From a virus (Duplodnaviria > Caudoviricetes): a DNA stretch of 64,000 nt. Shown piece after piece: positions 8,949-18,838 of this stretch (position 1 is the first letter of the stretch; the number at the start of each line of letters is the position of its first letter). The stretch is taken from IMG/VR virus record IMGVR_UViG_3300004241_000001, positions 51,415 to 115,414 of that record; one strand, given 5' to 3'. Position numbers and translations under genes: made by a program. The notes under the pieces are model-generated. The model did not search any database and was not told where the DNA came from. It was given only the letters and a program-made list of their open reading frames with translations.

Positions 8949-9146
8949 TCACCTCCGAATTCGAACTTTACTTATATCTGCGTTAAAAATTACATTTACC
9001 ATTTGGTTTACTTTATCGACTGTATCTTCAAAATCTTCTCCGATGAATTCTTTGTTATATAAGGTTAGATGTTTGTCATCGCATTTAAAGCATAAACTAT
9101 TGTAGTTATAGTGAGGCATTCCACATAAAAGACATTCTTTAAACAT
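8949..9146 (-). CDS. Small zinc-binding protein
   Basis: CLLC and CFKC; GGAGG RBS. Confidence 0.55.
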   Translation of the reverse strand: MFKECLLCGMPHYNYNSLCFKCDDKHLTLYNKEFIGEDFEDTVDKVNQMVNVIFNADISKVRIRR

Positions 9147-9200
9147 GAATTTCCTCCAAAGAATTAGGCTAAGAAATCATATCATTATTTAGATTATTTG

Positions 9201-9482
9201 TCAAATATTTGAGATTTTTATATTGTTTCTATCTAATTCTATAAGTAGTATTCTTATAATATTTTCTACCGACAATGATTTTATTGAATCCCTTGCAAAG
9301 CTTAAAATTATTTCTTTTTTCGGTCGTTCGATACTATAGCTCATGCTATCAAATAATGTAGCCCCTCTATCATAAATTCTAAATTCTGCTATGTCTCCAT
9401 TAGTGCATAAATATCTTCCGTCACATAGTTGTTTTAAAATACTATTAAATTCATAAATTGTTATTATCATTTGTTCATCCAT
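9201..9482 (-). CDS. Hypothetical protein
   Basis: ORF with AGGAG RBS. Confidence 0.55.
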   Translation of the reverse strand: MDEQMIITIYEFNSILKQLCDGRYLCTNGDIAEFRIYDRGATLFDSMSYSIERPKKEIILSFARDSIKSLSVENIIRILLIELDRNNIKISNI

Positions 9483-9493
9483 TTTTATCTCCT

Positions 9494-9920
9494 TTAAAGA
9501 TCCTTATTTATATCGCATACATAAACGTTATCTTTATATATTAAATCAGGGCAAAAAGAATTACTAGGTGGCATGTAATATTCTGGAATATCTTCAAGGT
9601 TTATTTCATAGGCTTCAAATGATTCTTTGCTAGAACAAATATTTACAATATATATCGTTTTAGTTGTTTTTAATATATCTAAATATGATATTTTTTTATC
9701 AAAAAAGTCTTTTAATATTTTTTCATCGATTACCATTTCAATAAATTGATCTGTGTCATTTTTATCATCGCTATCTATTAGATACGACAATAGAAGCTTA
9801 TCGTCAGACGTATATCCATAATGAGATATCGGAAATTCTCCATAATGAACTATTCGTGATGGCGGCTTCATTTCTGAATACTTATTTTCTATTAACTTTT
9901 TGTCTTTTGTGTTTATCATA
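9494..9920 (-). CDS. DUF6575-like protein, paralog of 9940-10431
   Basis: HYGEFPI..GY, FF.KKISYLDIL, IPEYYMP..SFCP; likely start MINTK behind an AGGAG RBS. Confidence 0.55.
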
Positions 9921-9939
9921 CTATTCTCCTTAAAATATT

Positions 9940-10431
9940 TTATAGTTTTTCTTTTATGCTGCAAATAAAGAAATTTTCCTTTAATAACTCTGGACAAAAT
10001 GACTTTTCTGATGGTCTATAATTAATGGGGATATTATCAAATTCAATAATATATGATTTAAAATATGTTTTGTCAAATGAGCAATCAACAATAAATATAC
10101 AGTTTGCATCTTCTAATATATCTAAATATGTTATTTCTTTACTAAAAAATTTTTTAATGGTTTTATTACTAATTACAACTTCTAAAAAACGATATATTTC
10201 CCTATCGTTATAACTATCAACTAAAGAACATAATAAAATATCATTATTATCATTGTAACCGAGAAAAAGTATCGGCTTTTCATCATAATGTAATATTTTG
10301 AATAATGCTGTAACTTTTGAATATCTCTCCTTAACTGGATATTTATTTTCAAGTGTCTCTGGTTCTCGATTATTCGCTCTTCTTAATACTTTAACAAAAT
10401 CATCAAGGCATTTTTCTTCTATTCCATTCAT
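9940..10431 (-). CDS. DUF6575-like protein, paralog of 9494-9920
   Basis: HYDEKPILFLGY, FFSKEITYLDIL, IPINYRPSEKSFCP. Confidence 0.55.
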   Translation of the reverse strand: MNGIEEKCLDDFVKVLRRANNREPETLENKYPVKERYSKVTALFKILHYDEKPILFLGYNDNNDILLCSLVDSYNDREIYRFLEVVISNKTIKKFFSKEITYLDILEDANCIFIVDCSFDKTYFKSYIIEFDNIPINYRPSEKSFCPELLKENFFICSIKEKL

Positions 10432-10445
10432 ATTATGCTCCTTTT

Positions 10446-11207
10446 TTAAAATAATTCTGGATTATCTTCTTTTAATATCAGATACAAGTAATAAACATTC
10501 AATACTGCATCTGCCTTATCGTTGTCGTGATATGTAAAATCAAATCCAAATGTTTTATTTACAAAGTTTATTACCAATATTTTCTTCGCAAAATCATATT
10601 CAGTTATTGATGGTTTAATTGTACGATATTTTGTAAAATCAATCTCAGGATATTTATTGCGATAGTTCCCCGGGTCGTTGACGTACTGTTGATATGTCAT
10701 TCCTTCAAGTAGATGTCTTTTTGCCGGAGTTCCATCTTTCTTTATCTTTACTGGCTTCTTCGATATCTCTATCTGTTTCTTTTCAAATTGAGATTCAGAG
10801 AGTATTCTATCGATATTAAATCCAAATTTTGCACGAATTGATGAAGCACATTTATATTCTACAAGTGGAGATGACCGTCTTTCTAATTTGTAACGAGAGA
10901 TTGCTTGTTCCACAACTGCCTGTATCTTTACAAGAGGTTTTACAGCGTCAAGATTATTTTTATTTGCAAATATCTCTTCAATGATAAACGCATCAGGTTG
11001 ATAGAATTCTATATTTGTTTCAACGAACTCTTGAATTTCATTTAAAAGCTGTCCTATCTCTTGTGGAGTCGTTTTGAAAGATGGTTTCATAAACGAAGTA
11101 TTTAACTTAAATTGATCTTTTAAATAACTATCAGATTTTGATACATCTGAGTCTAATACCGCAATTGCACACCCTTTAGTTGATAGGTCTAATGACATTA
11201 ATTTCAT
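10446..11207 (-). CDS. RuvC-like Holliday junction resolvase
   Basis: SLDLSTKGCAIAV, IIEEIF, DKADAV acidic motifs. Confidence 0.75.
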   Translation of the reverse strand: MKLMSLDLSTKGCAIAVLDSDVSKSDSYLKDQFKLNTSFMKPSFKTTPQEIGQLLNEIQEFVETNIEFYQPDAFIIEEIFANKNNLDAVKPLVKIQAVVEQAISRYKLERRSSPLVEYKCASSIRAKFGFNIDRILSESQFEKKQIEISKKPVKIKKDGTPAKRHLLEGMTYQQYVNDPGNYRNKYPEIDFTKYRTIKPSITEYDFAKKILVINFVNKTFGFDFTYHDNDKADAVLNVYYLYLILKEDNPELF

Positions 11208-11210
11208 ATT

Positions 11211-13076
11211 TTATTCCTTTCTCCCAAAATCTATTTCGATATTTTTCTTTAAAAACGATATTAACGAACTTCCGCGAGGTTTTCTATTCGGAGGAAAATC
11301 TTTTATAGTTGAAATAATATCTTTTGAAAAATCTATTGTATCGTTATTATAAGTAAATTTTTCATTATACTCATAAGTTAATGAGTTTTCAATATGAATA
11401 AGAATTGACCAGTTGGTATCTGAAAAACATCTATTGAAATATGATTTACCAAGTTTTTCCATTACATCTTTTTTTGTAATATGCTTAATAGTTTTAATTC
11501 CATTTTGAATAAAGAAATAGCATTCTTCATTGGTTTCTCTCTTGAAGTTTGAAGAGTATTCTGGCAATGACAGATATGTTATTTGAGTATCATATTTAGA
11601 ACCATCTATAGTTTTTGGAACAAATTTCTCAGGTATTTTCTTAAAGGACATTTTGTTAAAAAATTTAAGAAGGCAAAGAAGATTTACTATTTTATGAACT
11701 TTCGTTTTGTCCATTCCGGTTTCTTTTGCGATATTTGACATTGCTTGAAATATACATGGGTTTCCATCAACAAACAAAATATCGTTACTTGTTGAATGTT
11801 GCTTGAATTTATCAAGAATAAAATAGAACATTCTCATAGATTCTTTATTTAGCATCGCTCTAAAATGAGGAAGTTTTTCAAATCCTTTTATTGAATTTTT
11901 ATTGTTTTTTATTCTTTCGCAAACAAGAATAGCAAATTTCTTACTTAATGAGATATTGAGTTTTTTACAAATAATATTTAAAAACTGATTTTCTTTCTTA
12001 ACGCCCAAAGAGAGCATTAAGAAGTCTATAACTTTAATGTATTTACCACCCTCTGAACAATTTGAAGAAAAACAATAGAAGCCCCATTCACCATTATCAT
12101 TTTTCGATATAATTGCGCTTGCCGATGCGTCTTCGTGAAATGGGCAGCGGCATGAAAGCCTTACCCCTTTATTATGCTTTATTCCAAGTATTTCACGAAG
12201 ATCATATTCTCTTAAAAAATTAAAGAATTCTGTGCCATCAAATAAGTTGCAATTTAATTCTTTGTTAAAATATATTTCAGGAATAGAAATGTTATCTAAG
12301 ATATTTAACAACGATACTCTCTTCTTCACTATTGGGTTTATGATAACACGTTTATTACGAAATAGATTATTTTCATTAACGTTTTCAGAATAATTTGCAG
12401 TTTTTAATTCTTTAAGTAAGTAAATTTTATTATTTATAATTATTTCGGAAATTAAAAAAGGATTATTTACATCTTTTAAATGTAAAAATCCTGGAACTCT
12501 TAAAAGATTATTTATAGATTTAGCATTTTTATCGCAAACTATTTCAGCCGGTAAAACATTCTGTTCAAGATATGTATGAAACCCCTCTTGACAATTAAAA
12601 AACATATCTGAGGAAATATCATTTGTAAGCCAATAACAATGTAATCCATTATTTGTCTCAATGGCTTTCGATGGAAACAGATTAGATTTATGTAATGAAT
12701 TTATTATTTTTTGTTTTAGAATGTCACGATCATATTTAGGTAAGTTTTTAATATCAAAATCAGCAAATAAGCAAGAAACTCTTTTAACTTTGTTTTTATC
12801 TCTTTTAAAACCATCAATGTAGTTCGGAGTAAAGAATACTCCATATCCACTTTTCTGAAACGGTTCAATAAAATAAATAAATTTTGAAATACTTTCTTCA
12901 TTTAATTTTATAACATAACTTTTGATAGTTTTATTTCCATTATGATTTAATGGCGCGCTATCTAAACCATAATATATTGTAAATTCTTCATCTTTTTTAT
13001 AAAAACTTGAAAAAAACTTTATTAAGTTATTGACTTTTTCTAAATTATTTTGTATTATTGTCATGTAAGTTTTCAT
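11211..13076 (-). CDS. AEP/RepB-like primase with CHC2 zinc finger and winged helix (replication-initiator-like)
   Basis: LFADFD, ETNNGLHCYW, LLRVPGF; CPFHED..FYCFSSNC; HTH IAKETGMDKTKVHKIVNLL. Confidence 0.75.
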   Translation of the reverse strand: MKTYMTIIQNNLEKVNNLIKFFSSFYKKDEEFTIYYGLDSAPLNHNGNKTIKSYVIKLNEESISKFIYFIEPFQKSGYGVFFTPNYIDGFKRDKNKVKRVSCLFADFDIKNLPKYDRDILKQKIINSLHKSNLFPSKAIETNNGLHCYWLTNDISSDMFFNCQEGFHTYLEQNVLPAEIVCDKNAKSINNLLRVPGFLHLKDVNNPFLISEIIINNKIYLLKELKTANYSENVNENNLFRNKRVIINPIVKKRVSLLNILDNISIPEIYFNKELNCNLFDGTEFFNFLREYDLREILGIKHNKGVRLSCRCPFHEDASASAIISKNDNGEWGFYCFSSNCSEGGKYIKVIDFLMLSLGVKKENQFLNIICKKLNISLSKKFAILVCERIKNNKNSIKGFEKLPHFRAMLNKESMRMFYFILDKFKQHSTSNDILFVDGNPCIFQAMSNIAKETGMDKTKVHKIVNLLCLLKFFNKMSFKKIPEKFVPKTIDGSKYDTQITYLSLPEYSSNFKRETNEECYFFIQNGIKTIKHITKKDVMEKLGKSYFNRCFSDTNWSILIHIENSLTYEYNEKFTYNNDTIDFSKDIISTIKDFPPNRKPRGSSLISFLKKNIEIDFGRKE

Positions 13077-13078
13077 TT

Positions 13079-13118
13079 AAAAGAGCCGGGGCTTGTGACC
13101 CATTAACGGCTCTTTTTT
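13079..13118 (-). terminator. Hairpin with U tract ending just upstream of the primase start
   Basis: AAAAGAGCCG..CGGCTCTTTT immediately before the ATG at 13076. Confidence 0.65.
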
Positions 13119-13131
13119 ATTTCCTCGCTTT

Positions 13132-13317
13132 TTAATTATTTTCTTTTTCTTCAGGATTATTTTTCATAAAATCAAATACCGATCTTCTTAACATACCATT
13201 TCTTGTCATACCTTTATTTACACAAAACTGACTTAATTTATTAAATTCATCAAGACTTAGAAAACAAGATATTTGCATTTTCCTATCTTTATTTGTATTG
13301 CTACTTGTTCTTGGCAT
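13132..13317 (-). CDS. CopG/ribbon-helix-helix regulator
   Basis: QISCFLSLDEFNKLSQFC..KGMTRNGMLRRSV; likely start MPRTS. Confidence 0.7.
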   Translation of the reverse strand: MPRTSSNTNKDRKMQISCFLSLDEFNKLSQFCVNKGMTRNGMLRRSVFDFMKNNPEEKENN

Positions 13318-13346
13318 ATCTCTTTTACCTCTTCTCATCTTTTTAT

Positions 13347-13375
13347 ATTTTATCAAATAATTTTAAAACTGTCAA
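13347..13375 (-). promoter_or_regulatory. sigma70 promoter
   Basis: TTGACA-17-TAAAAT with TG. Confidence 0.75.
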
Positions 13376-13691
13376 TGTATTTTTAAAATAATATTAATTT
13401 ATTTTATTTCTTCTTTATTTTCGTTTACTTTCCCAAATCTTGCCGTTTTTATTCCAAGTTTTTTTGCCGTTTCGCTCATCTTTGTCCAGTTGTATGAAAT
13501 CTGCCTTGCCAAACTATATTCTTCCAAAGTCCAATCATTGCCTTTGCCTCTCAAAATCTCTTTACATGCATTTATTATTTCTGTTACATCTGCCTCTATT
13601 TCAACAACACAGCTCTTACCACCACTCTGACATTTAACCTCTGCTTCATTGGTATAATATGGTTTTCCATCTTTAAAAAATAAAGTTCCCA

Positions 13692-15542
13692 CTAAAGAAC
13701 AACACCTTTCTTTTTTAATTTATATATGGCAATCACATTACCATATAACTCTTTTGAAACTTCAAAGTTTTCTTCAAGTAAATTAATTAAGCCTTTGGAT
13801 ATATATGTATGCTCAGATATATAGAAAACATTCTTGTAGTTTATTTTAAGTATTGCCTTGTCCTCTATCTGAGTCCTCTCGATATGACCGGAATATTTTG
13901 GAAAAGTATATTTAACTTGTTTCAGATTACCAAAGTTTTCAAAATCAAAACAATTAAATACGATTTCTCCGTCCGGTCTTAAAATCTTGTAGAACATTTT
14001 TATCAGTCCAAGGAATTGATCTTTCGATAATCCAATATAATCAAAATAATTAAAAAGAACAATTTTCTCAAACTTTTTGTTCCCAAACGATAATAACAAA
14101 CGATCTTCTTTCTTATGACTCTTAAGTTCTGTCATAGCGTCCATGTCATTATATATTGTCAATTTATGCCTATATTGTTCAAATCTAAACAACTCTGAAA
14201 GATAATATGAATTCTGGCCATAAAAAAGAATATCACTATTTGCCCTGTCATTCTTTATATATTTAAGAAATTCTTTTGATAATGACAATGGAAGATTCTT
14301 AAACTCTGAAGAGTTATCTTTTTTTACCTTTCCATTATATGTTGTAATTTCTTCTATAGCCTTTACTATGACCGCTGTAGTTAATTCTTTATGCTCTGAG
14401 GTAAAAGATATCGACAACTCCTTTAACCCTATCTCTACGGCCTTAATATCGCATGATAAAATATAATATCCAATATTCTCATGGTAGATGATATAGTATG
14501 GTTTTTTATCAAATTCTACATACTCTTTGTTTGAAAAAACTTCAGACATGACCCTATTTGAATGGAAATACTTTACAACATTCGGACATGCAATATAATT
14601 TGTTTCAGCCGGCATAAAAACAAAGAATATTGGTTTGCGATACATCAATATCGATTGAGAATTTAATCTTACAGAATTTATCATATTTGCAATATCAAAG
14701 GCGTTAGACGAAATATAATTCCCTTTTGGCACCCTTGAACATACTACATAATTATTTTTATATGTATCTTTCGCCAGGATGTTTTTAAATATTGAATATT
14801 TTTGTATATCGCTTTTAAGATTTAAAACAAGGTCTCCAGAGAATAAATATCCAATTTCAATATCTTTAAATGTTTTGATGTGTAGAAAATAAGGCTCTAC
14901 TTTATTAAATATTTCTTTGTATATTTTATCTGAATCAGGAATAGAAATATCAGAATATTTTATCTCTGTCTTTCTCCCAAACCAATCGTTATTTATTAAA
15001 AATGAAAGCTGCTCGATGTCATTTATTATGAATAGTTTTATCTTTTGCTCATCTTTGCATACTGCATACATTTTAAACTGTTCGTTCCTGTATCTAATGA
15101 TACAATATTGTAAGTTATATTCATTTATCATTTTACGACCAAAATCTTCAATTTTGTCTTTTGGAACGCAGAAATGAGAGATAGTAAAAATTATTGCAAC
15201 ATTGGAATCTTTTCTTAAGAGTTTTAATTCATTAATAGTTGATTCAAAGAGAATAACATGATGAAAATCAGTTCCATGAATATTTGCAAAAGTATCAAAA
15301 CCATTTTTTAAGTCATTAATATTTATAAATTTTACTTTAAAGCGATGTCTTTTTTCAAATGATATTGGCATCGAAGAAAGGATCGTAAGATTTCTATTGA
15401 ATCTTTTAAAGTTGCGATTGTATATGTTACACTCAGCCTTTAATATACTTTCTGCGATAAGTCTATCATCATAGAAAGAATTACTTTTAGTATTCTTTAT
15501 AACTGCTAACATTCTATGCTTTTGATAAGTTGTTATTTTCAT
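13692..15542 (-). CDS. Large multidomain protein with degenerate C-terminal class I SAM-methyltransferase-like fold
   Basis: KFEKIVLF..FDY, FYKILRPDGEIVF; lacks GxG motif I. Confidence 0.4.
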   Translation of the reverse strand: MKITTYQKHRMLAVIKNTKSNSFYDDRLIAESILKAECNIYNRNFKRFNRNLTILSSMPISFEKRHRFKVKFININDLKNGFDTFANIHGTDFHHVILFESTINELKLLRKDSNVAIIFTISHFCVPKDKIEDFGRKMINEYNLQYCIIRYRNEQFKMYAVCKDEQKIKLFIINDIEQLSFLINNDWFGRKTEIKYSDISIPDSDKIYKEIFNKVEPYFLHIKTFKDIEIGYLFSGDLVLNLKSDIQKYSIFKNILAKDTYKNNYVVCSRVPKGNYISSNAFDIANMINSVRLNSQSILMYRKPIFFVFMPAETNYIACPNVVKYFHSNRVMSEVFSNKEYVEFDKKPYYIIYHENIGYYILSCDIKAVEIGLKELSISFTSEHKELTTAVIVKAIEEITTYNGKVKKDNSSEFKNLPLSLSKEFLKYIKNDRANSDILFYGQNSYYLSELFRFEQYRHKLTIYNDMDAMTELKSHKKEDRLLLSFGNKKFEKIVLFNYFDYIGLSKDQFLGLIKMFYKILRPDGEIVFNCFDFENFGNLKQVKYTFPKYSGHIERTQIEDKAILKINYKNVFYISEHTYISKGLINLLEENFEVSKELYGNVIAIYKLKKKGVVL

Positions 15543-15721
15543 ATTTTCTTTCTCTTTTTTCTTATTTTTATTTCAGCGAGTCTTGGATTTGCTATTTCAT
15601 AATCAATTAATGTTTCTACAAAATTACTAAAGGAATAATTTAACTTCTTCGATCTTTTCTTGCCGTTGAAATGTATTTGTTTATCAAGTGTTACAAGCAC
15701 TCTTTTCTTTGGGATCTTCAA
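15539..15721 (-). CDS. Ribbon-helix-helix regulator
   Basis: KRVLVTLDKQIH..K.LNYSFSNFVETLI. Confidence 0.65.
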   Translation of the reverse strand: MKIPKKRVLVTLDKQIHFNGKKRSKKLNYSFSNFVETLIDYEIANPRLAEIKIRKKRKKI

Positions 15722-15746
15722 ATGTTTTCACCTCCTTATGTTTTTA

Positions 15747-15775
15747 AGTATATACTATTTTATTTCAAATGTCAA
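15747..15775 (-). promoter_or_regulatory. sigma70 promoter with palindrome AGTATATACT over the -10
   Basis: TTGACA-17-TATACT. Confidence 0.8.
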
Positions 15776-17161
15776 GTGGATGTTCAATATTATTTATATT
15801 TTTTAATTCATTTGTTAATTTTTCTATTTCTTTAGATTCTCTATCTTTTTGAAATAATAAAGTTGTGATTTGCCTTTCTATTTCTGATTTTCTGAAATAA
15901 TAGTAACAATCTTCTATATCTTTGTCAACTTCAAGCCCATATTTTTTTGCGGCTTTTATAATATCATCTCTTAAAAAGTTATAGTATTTTTCATTTTGTA
16001 TTTGAACAACCATTCGTTCTATTTCTTTTTTAATGCCTTTTATTAAAGAATCTTTTGCCTCTTCTTCTGTTTTAAAGAAATCTCTTCCATTGGAGGCAAC
16101 TACAGCATTTTGGACTATACCATTTTCTAATCTTATTTCTAATGATACTTCGTCATTAAACTTAGAAATTTCAAATATTTCATAGTCTGATACATAATAC
16201 TTTATTTCACCATCTAAAATATCTTTTATAGTCTGGAACTCGTTTTTTATTATTTTATTCATTTTAAATTCTCCTTAATTAATTTTCGTTACCTTTAAAA
16301 AAGAACCATCCAATTATGACAAAAACCACAACAACATAGAAATATGGGCTTGATAAAACTCCTTTTATAAATTGTTGATTGGCTATTATTTGTTGTTGCC
16401 TAATAGTTTGTTCTTGTTGATATGCTTGAGTTTGGGTAATCTGTTCGTTTTTTGAATATCCTATTATTCTGTTAGCATCGTCTAAAATCCATTGTTTTAT
16501 TATTATTGCTTCATCAGTAGTCATTTTTGATTTAGTCACAAAACAATCGTCAGATAAAACTGTTACTATTGTTGATTTCTGAACTTTCTCTTTTCTTAAT
16601 TGTTCTCTGCGTTGTGCTTGTTGGGCGGAATTTCCTGTAACTATTACTGGCGACATAAAACTCTCCTTTGTTTTATAAATTAGAATTATCTATTACTGTC
16701 TTCCTTTTTCTTTTTAAATTGTTTATTTCGTCTATTTTTAAAAAGACTTCCTTAAGGTTATCAATATCGTTTCCTTCTGTTATTTCGTTTATTCTTATAA
16801 TAAGTCTTTGAACTTTTAAATCAATTAAATTTATTAGTTCTTTTTTATTGACTTTATTTAAATCAGGAACTTGTCCAATAATAAGATAAACTAATTTACA
16901 AAAATCTTCTTTACTTAACCAATTTTTTCTACTTATTTTTAAATGAATATTTTTACCTTCGGGAGCCATATAAAGATACGGAGATTCATATACCCATCCT
17001 GCCTCCATTGTTAAAAAGTTTTTATCTTCTTCTTCCATTTTGTTTTTTAAAGTAATAAAAATACTTTGTTCAGGAAAAGCAATTGCTTTATACGACTCTA
17101 TTCCGTATTTTTGAATTATTTCAGAACTCGTCCGCATGTCGTCTAAAAACTTACAATCCAT
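15765..17161 (-). CDS. Three hypothetical genes (15765-16262, 16279-16656 with C-terminal TM, 16673-17161)
   Basis: Tightly packed ORFs, most with SD sites. Confidence 0.5.
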
Positions 17162-17165
17162 TCTT

Positions 17166-17606
17166 TCACATCCTTATTATTTGAATAGTTACATATTTTG
17201 GTAATTCCCAGGCAATCTTTTTATCCCACACCGCTATATCAATTTTTTTACCTTTTATCTTACTTCCAATATCACAAGCATAAAAAAGCTTACCCGGAAA
17301 TTCTTTTATATGAAAGTATGTTTTAAGTGGAATAATCTTCTTATCCACGGCAACCGTAATGTATTTATAATTACATTGCATTGTCCTGACAGGATTACCG
17401 AACTTATCTTTCTTTGAACCTTCGATATGTTTTTCATGCTTGCTTGCGGTATATGGATAAAATCCAAATGCTTTGATGTTATTTATTTCTTTTACGATTA
17501 TCGGTTTTAGTGGCCGATAAATTTTACATGGAATAAAGCCTTCTATTATTGAAAAGTTTGGGAAAAGCAAAATAAGTATTGCTAATATTATTTCTAACAA
17601 TGTCAT
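17166..17606 (-). CDS. 3D-domain (lytic transglycosylase-like) exported protein
   Basis: VAVDKKIIPLKT, ACDIGSKIKGKKIDIAV; N-terminal hydrophobic segment. Confidence 0.8.
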   Translation of the reverse strand: MTLLEIILAILILLFPNFSIIEGFIPCKIYRPLKPIIVKEINNIKAFGFYPYTASKHEKHIEGSKKDKFGNPVRTMQCNYKYITVAVDKKIIPLKTYFHIKEFPGKLFYACDIGSKIKGKKIDIAVWDKKIAWELPKYVTIQIIRM

Positions 17607-17690
17607 TCACCTCGTATATTAATTTTATTCATTGATTGCGCCTCCGATTGCACAAAAGTTTATATATTATATCATAGTTTAGTCATTATT

Positions 17691-18203
17691 TCAATTTAGA
17701 TTTTGACTTTCACAAAGTCTTGAAATAAAATTAATAAAATCAGTTTTTGCAAAAGAAAGTTCTTCATACTGCTTTTTTTCTAATGCAGCTATATAGTTTT
17801 GTTTTTCTAAAAATATATCATATAGCTCTTTGTTTATATTAGCGCGAACTCGATAAGATAGTGGAATTCTGCAAAATTCATTATCATAAAATATATTCAT
17901 GTTTTGGGTCTTCTCTTGATATAACTCAAGGCAATAAAAATATCCATCATCATCTACAAGATAATAGCCTTTATCTAATTTTAATATTTCTTCTTTCGTT
18001 AAAGGTTTATATAATTTTATATTGGGCCTTAGGTTCAGTTTTTGCCTAATTTTGCCTTCATTGTATAATGTACTGTCAACTTTGCAAATACTATCTCCAT
18101 TTGAAGTTATGTAACTGATTATTAATTTATCAGTGTCTTTATTATAGATAACAATACAATTTGTATCATTTAAAATTATTTCTTTACATGTAAAATTTTC
18201 CAT
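17691..18203 (-). CDS. Hypothetical protein, intact paralog of 18213-18729
   Basis: Colinear similarity to the adjacent split gene. Confidence 0.6.
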   Translation of the reverse strand: MENFTCKEIILNDTNCIVIYNKDTDKLIISYITSNGDSICKVDSTLYNEGKIRQKLNLRPNIKLYKPLTKEEILKLDKGYYLVDDDGYFYCLELYQEKTQNMNIFYDNEFCRIPLSYRVRANINKELYDIFLEKQNYIAALEKKQYEELSFAKTDFINFISRLCESQNLN

Positions 18204-18212
18204 TTTTCCTCC

Positions 18213-18729
18213 TTATTTATCGCAAATAGCAGAAATTAAATCTTTTAAATCATTTTCTGCATATGAAAGCTCTTCATTAAGTTGGCAGATTTTTATTTCT
18301 AATACTTTTATATCTTTTTGTTTTTGGCTAAATAATTCATGCTGTTCATTACTAATTGTTTTTATAACTTTATAAGAGTTTGAGGTCGAGATCTCATAAA
18401 AAAATTTATCATAATACGAAGTTATATTTCCCGATTTAATTTCATATAGTTCTAAACAAATGTAGTCTCCACCATCATTTACAAGATAATATTTAGAACC
18501 AAGTTTTAGAAATTCTTCTTTGATTAAAGTCTTATGAATTTTAAAATCAGGTGCTAGATTTAACCCCCTCTCTAATAGTTTTTTCGTCATACGAATTTAC
18601 ATTTATTTTAAGTAAGTTTTCTCCATTATCAGATATAGAATTTATTATTAATTTGTCTGTGTTTTTGTTATATATTGCTATACAGTTTATGTTATTTAAT
18701 ATCAATTCCTTGCATATAATATCTCCCAT
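18213..18729 (-). pseudogene. Frameshifted paralog of 17691-18203 (extra G in a G5 run at 18564-18568)
   Basis: Removing one G joins YDEKTIRE to GLNLAPDF, matching YNEGKIRQKLNLRPNI in the paralog. Confidence 0.8.
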
Positions 18730-18747
18730 ATTTTCTCCTTATCTGTT

Positions 18748-18833
18748 AAAGCCGGCTGACGAATCAACGTCTGACACCGATCTCTTCCAGTTCAAAACCA
18801 GTTTGAACCTTTGATTAAAGTATCACCGGCCTT
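18748..18833 (-). ncRNA. Candidate structured intergenic RNA
   Basis: GC-rich; nested stems GCCGG/CCGGC, AAUCAA/UUGAUU, GUUCAAA/UUUGAAC. Confidence 0.4.
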
Positions 18834-18838
18834 ATATT

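Noticed and set aside
18751-18830. Hammerhead ribozyme on the + strand (CTGACGA after a stem)
   Set aside because: The required GAAA is TAAA, and no stem III or cleavage triplet can be built.
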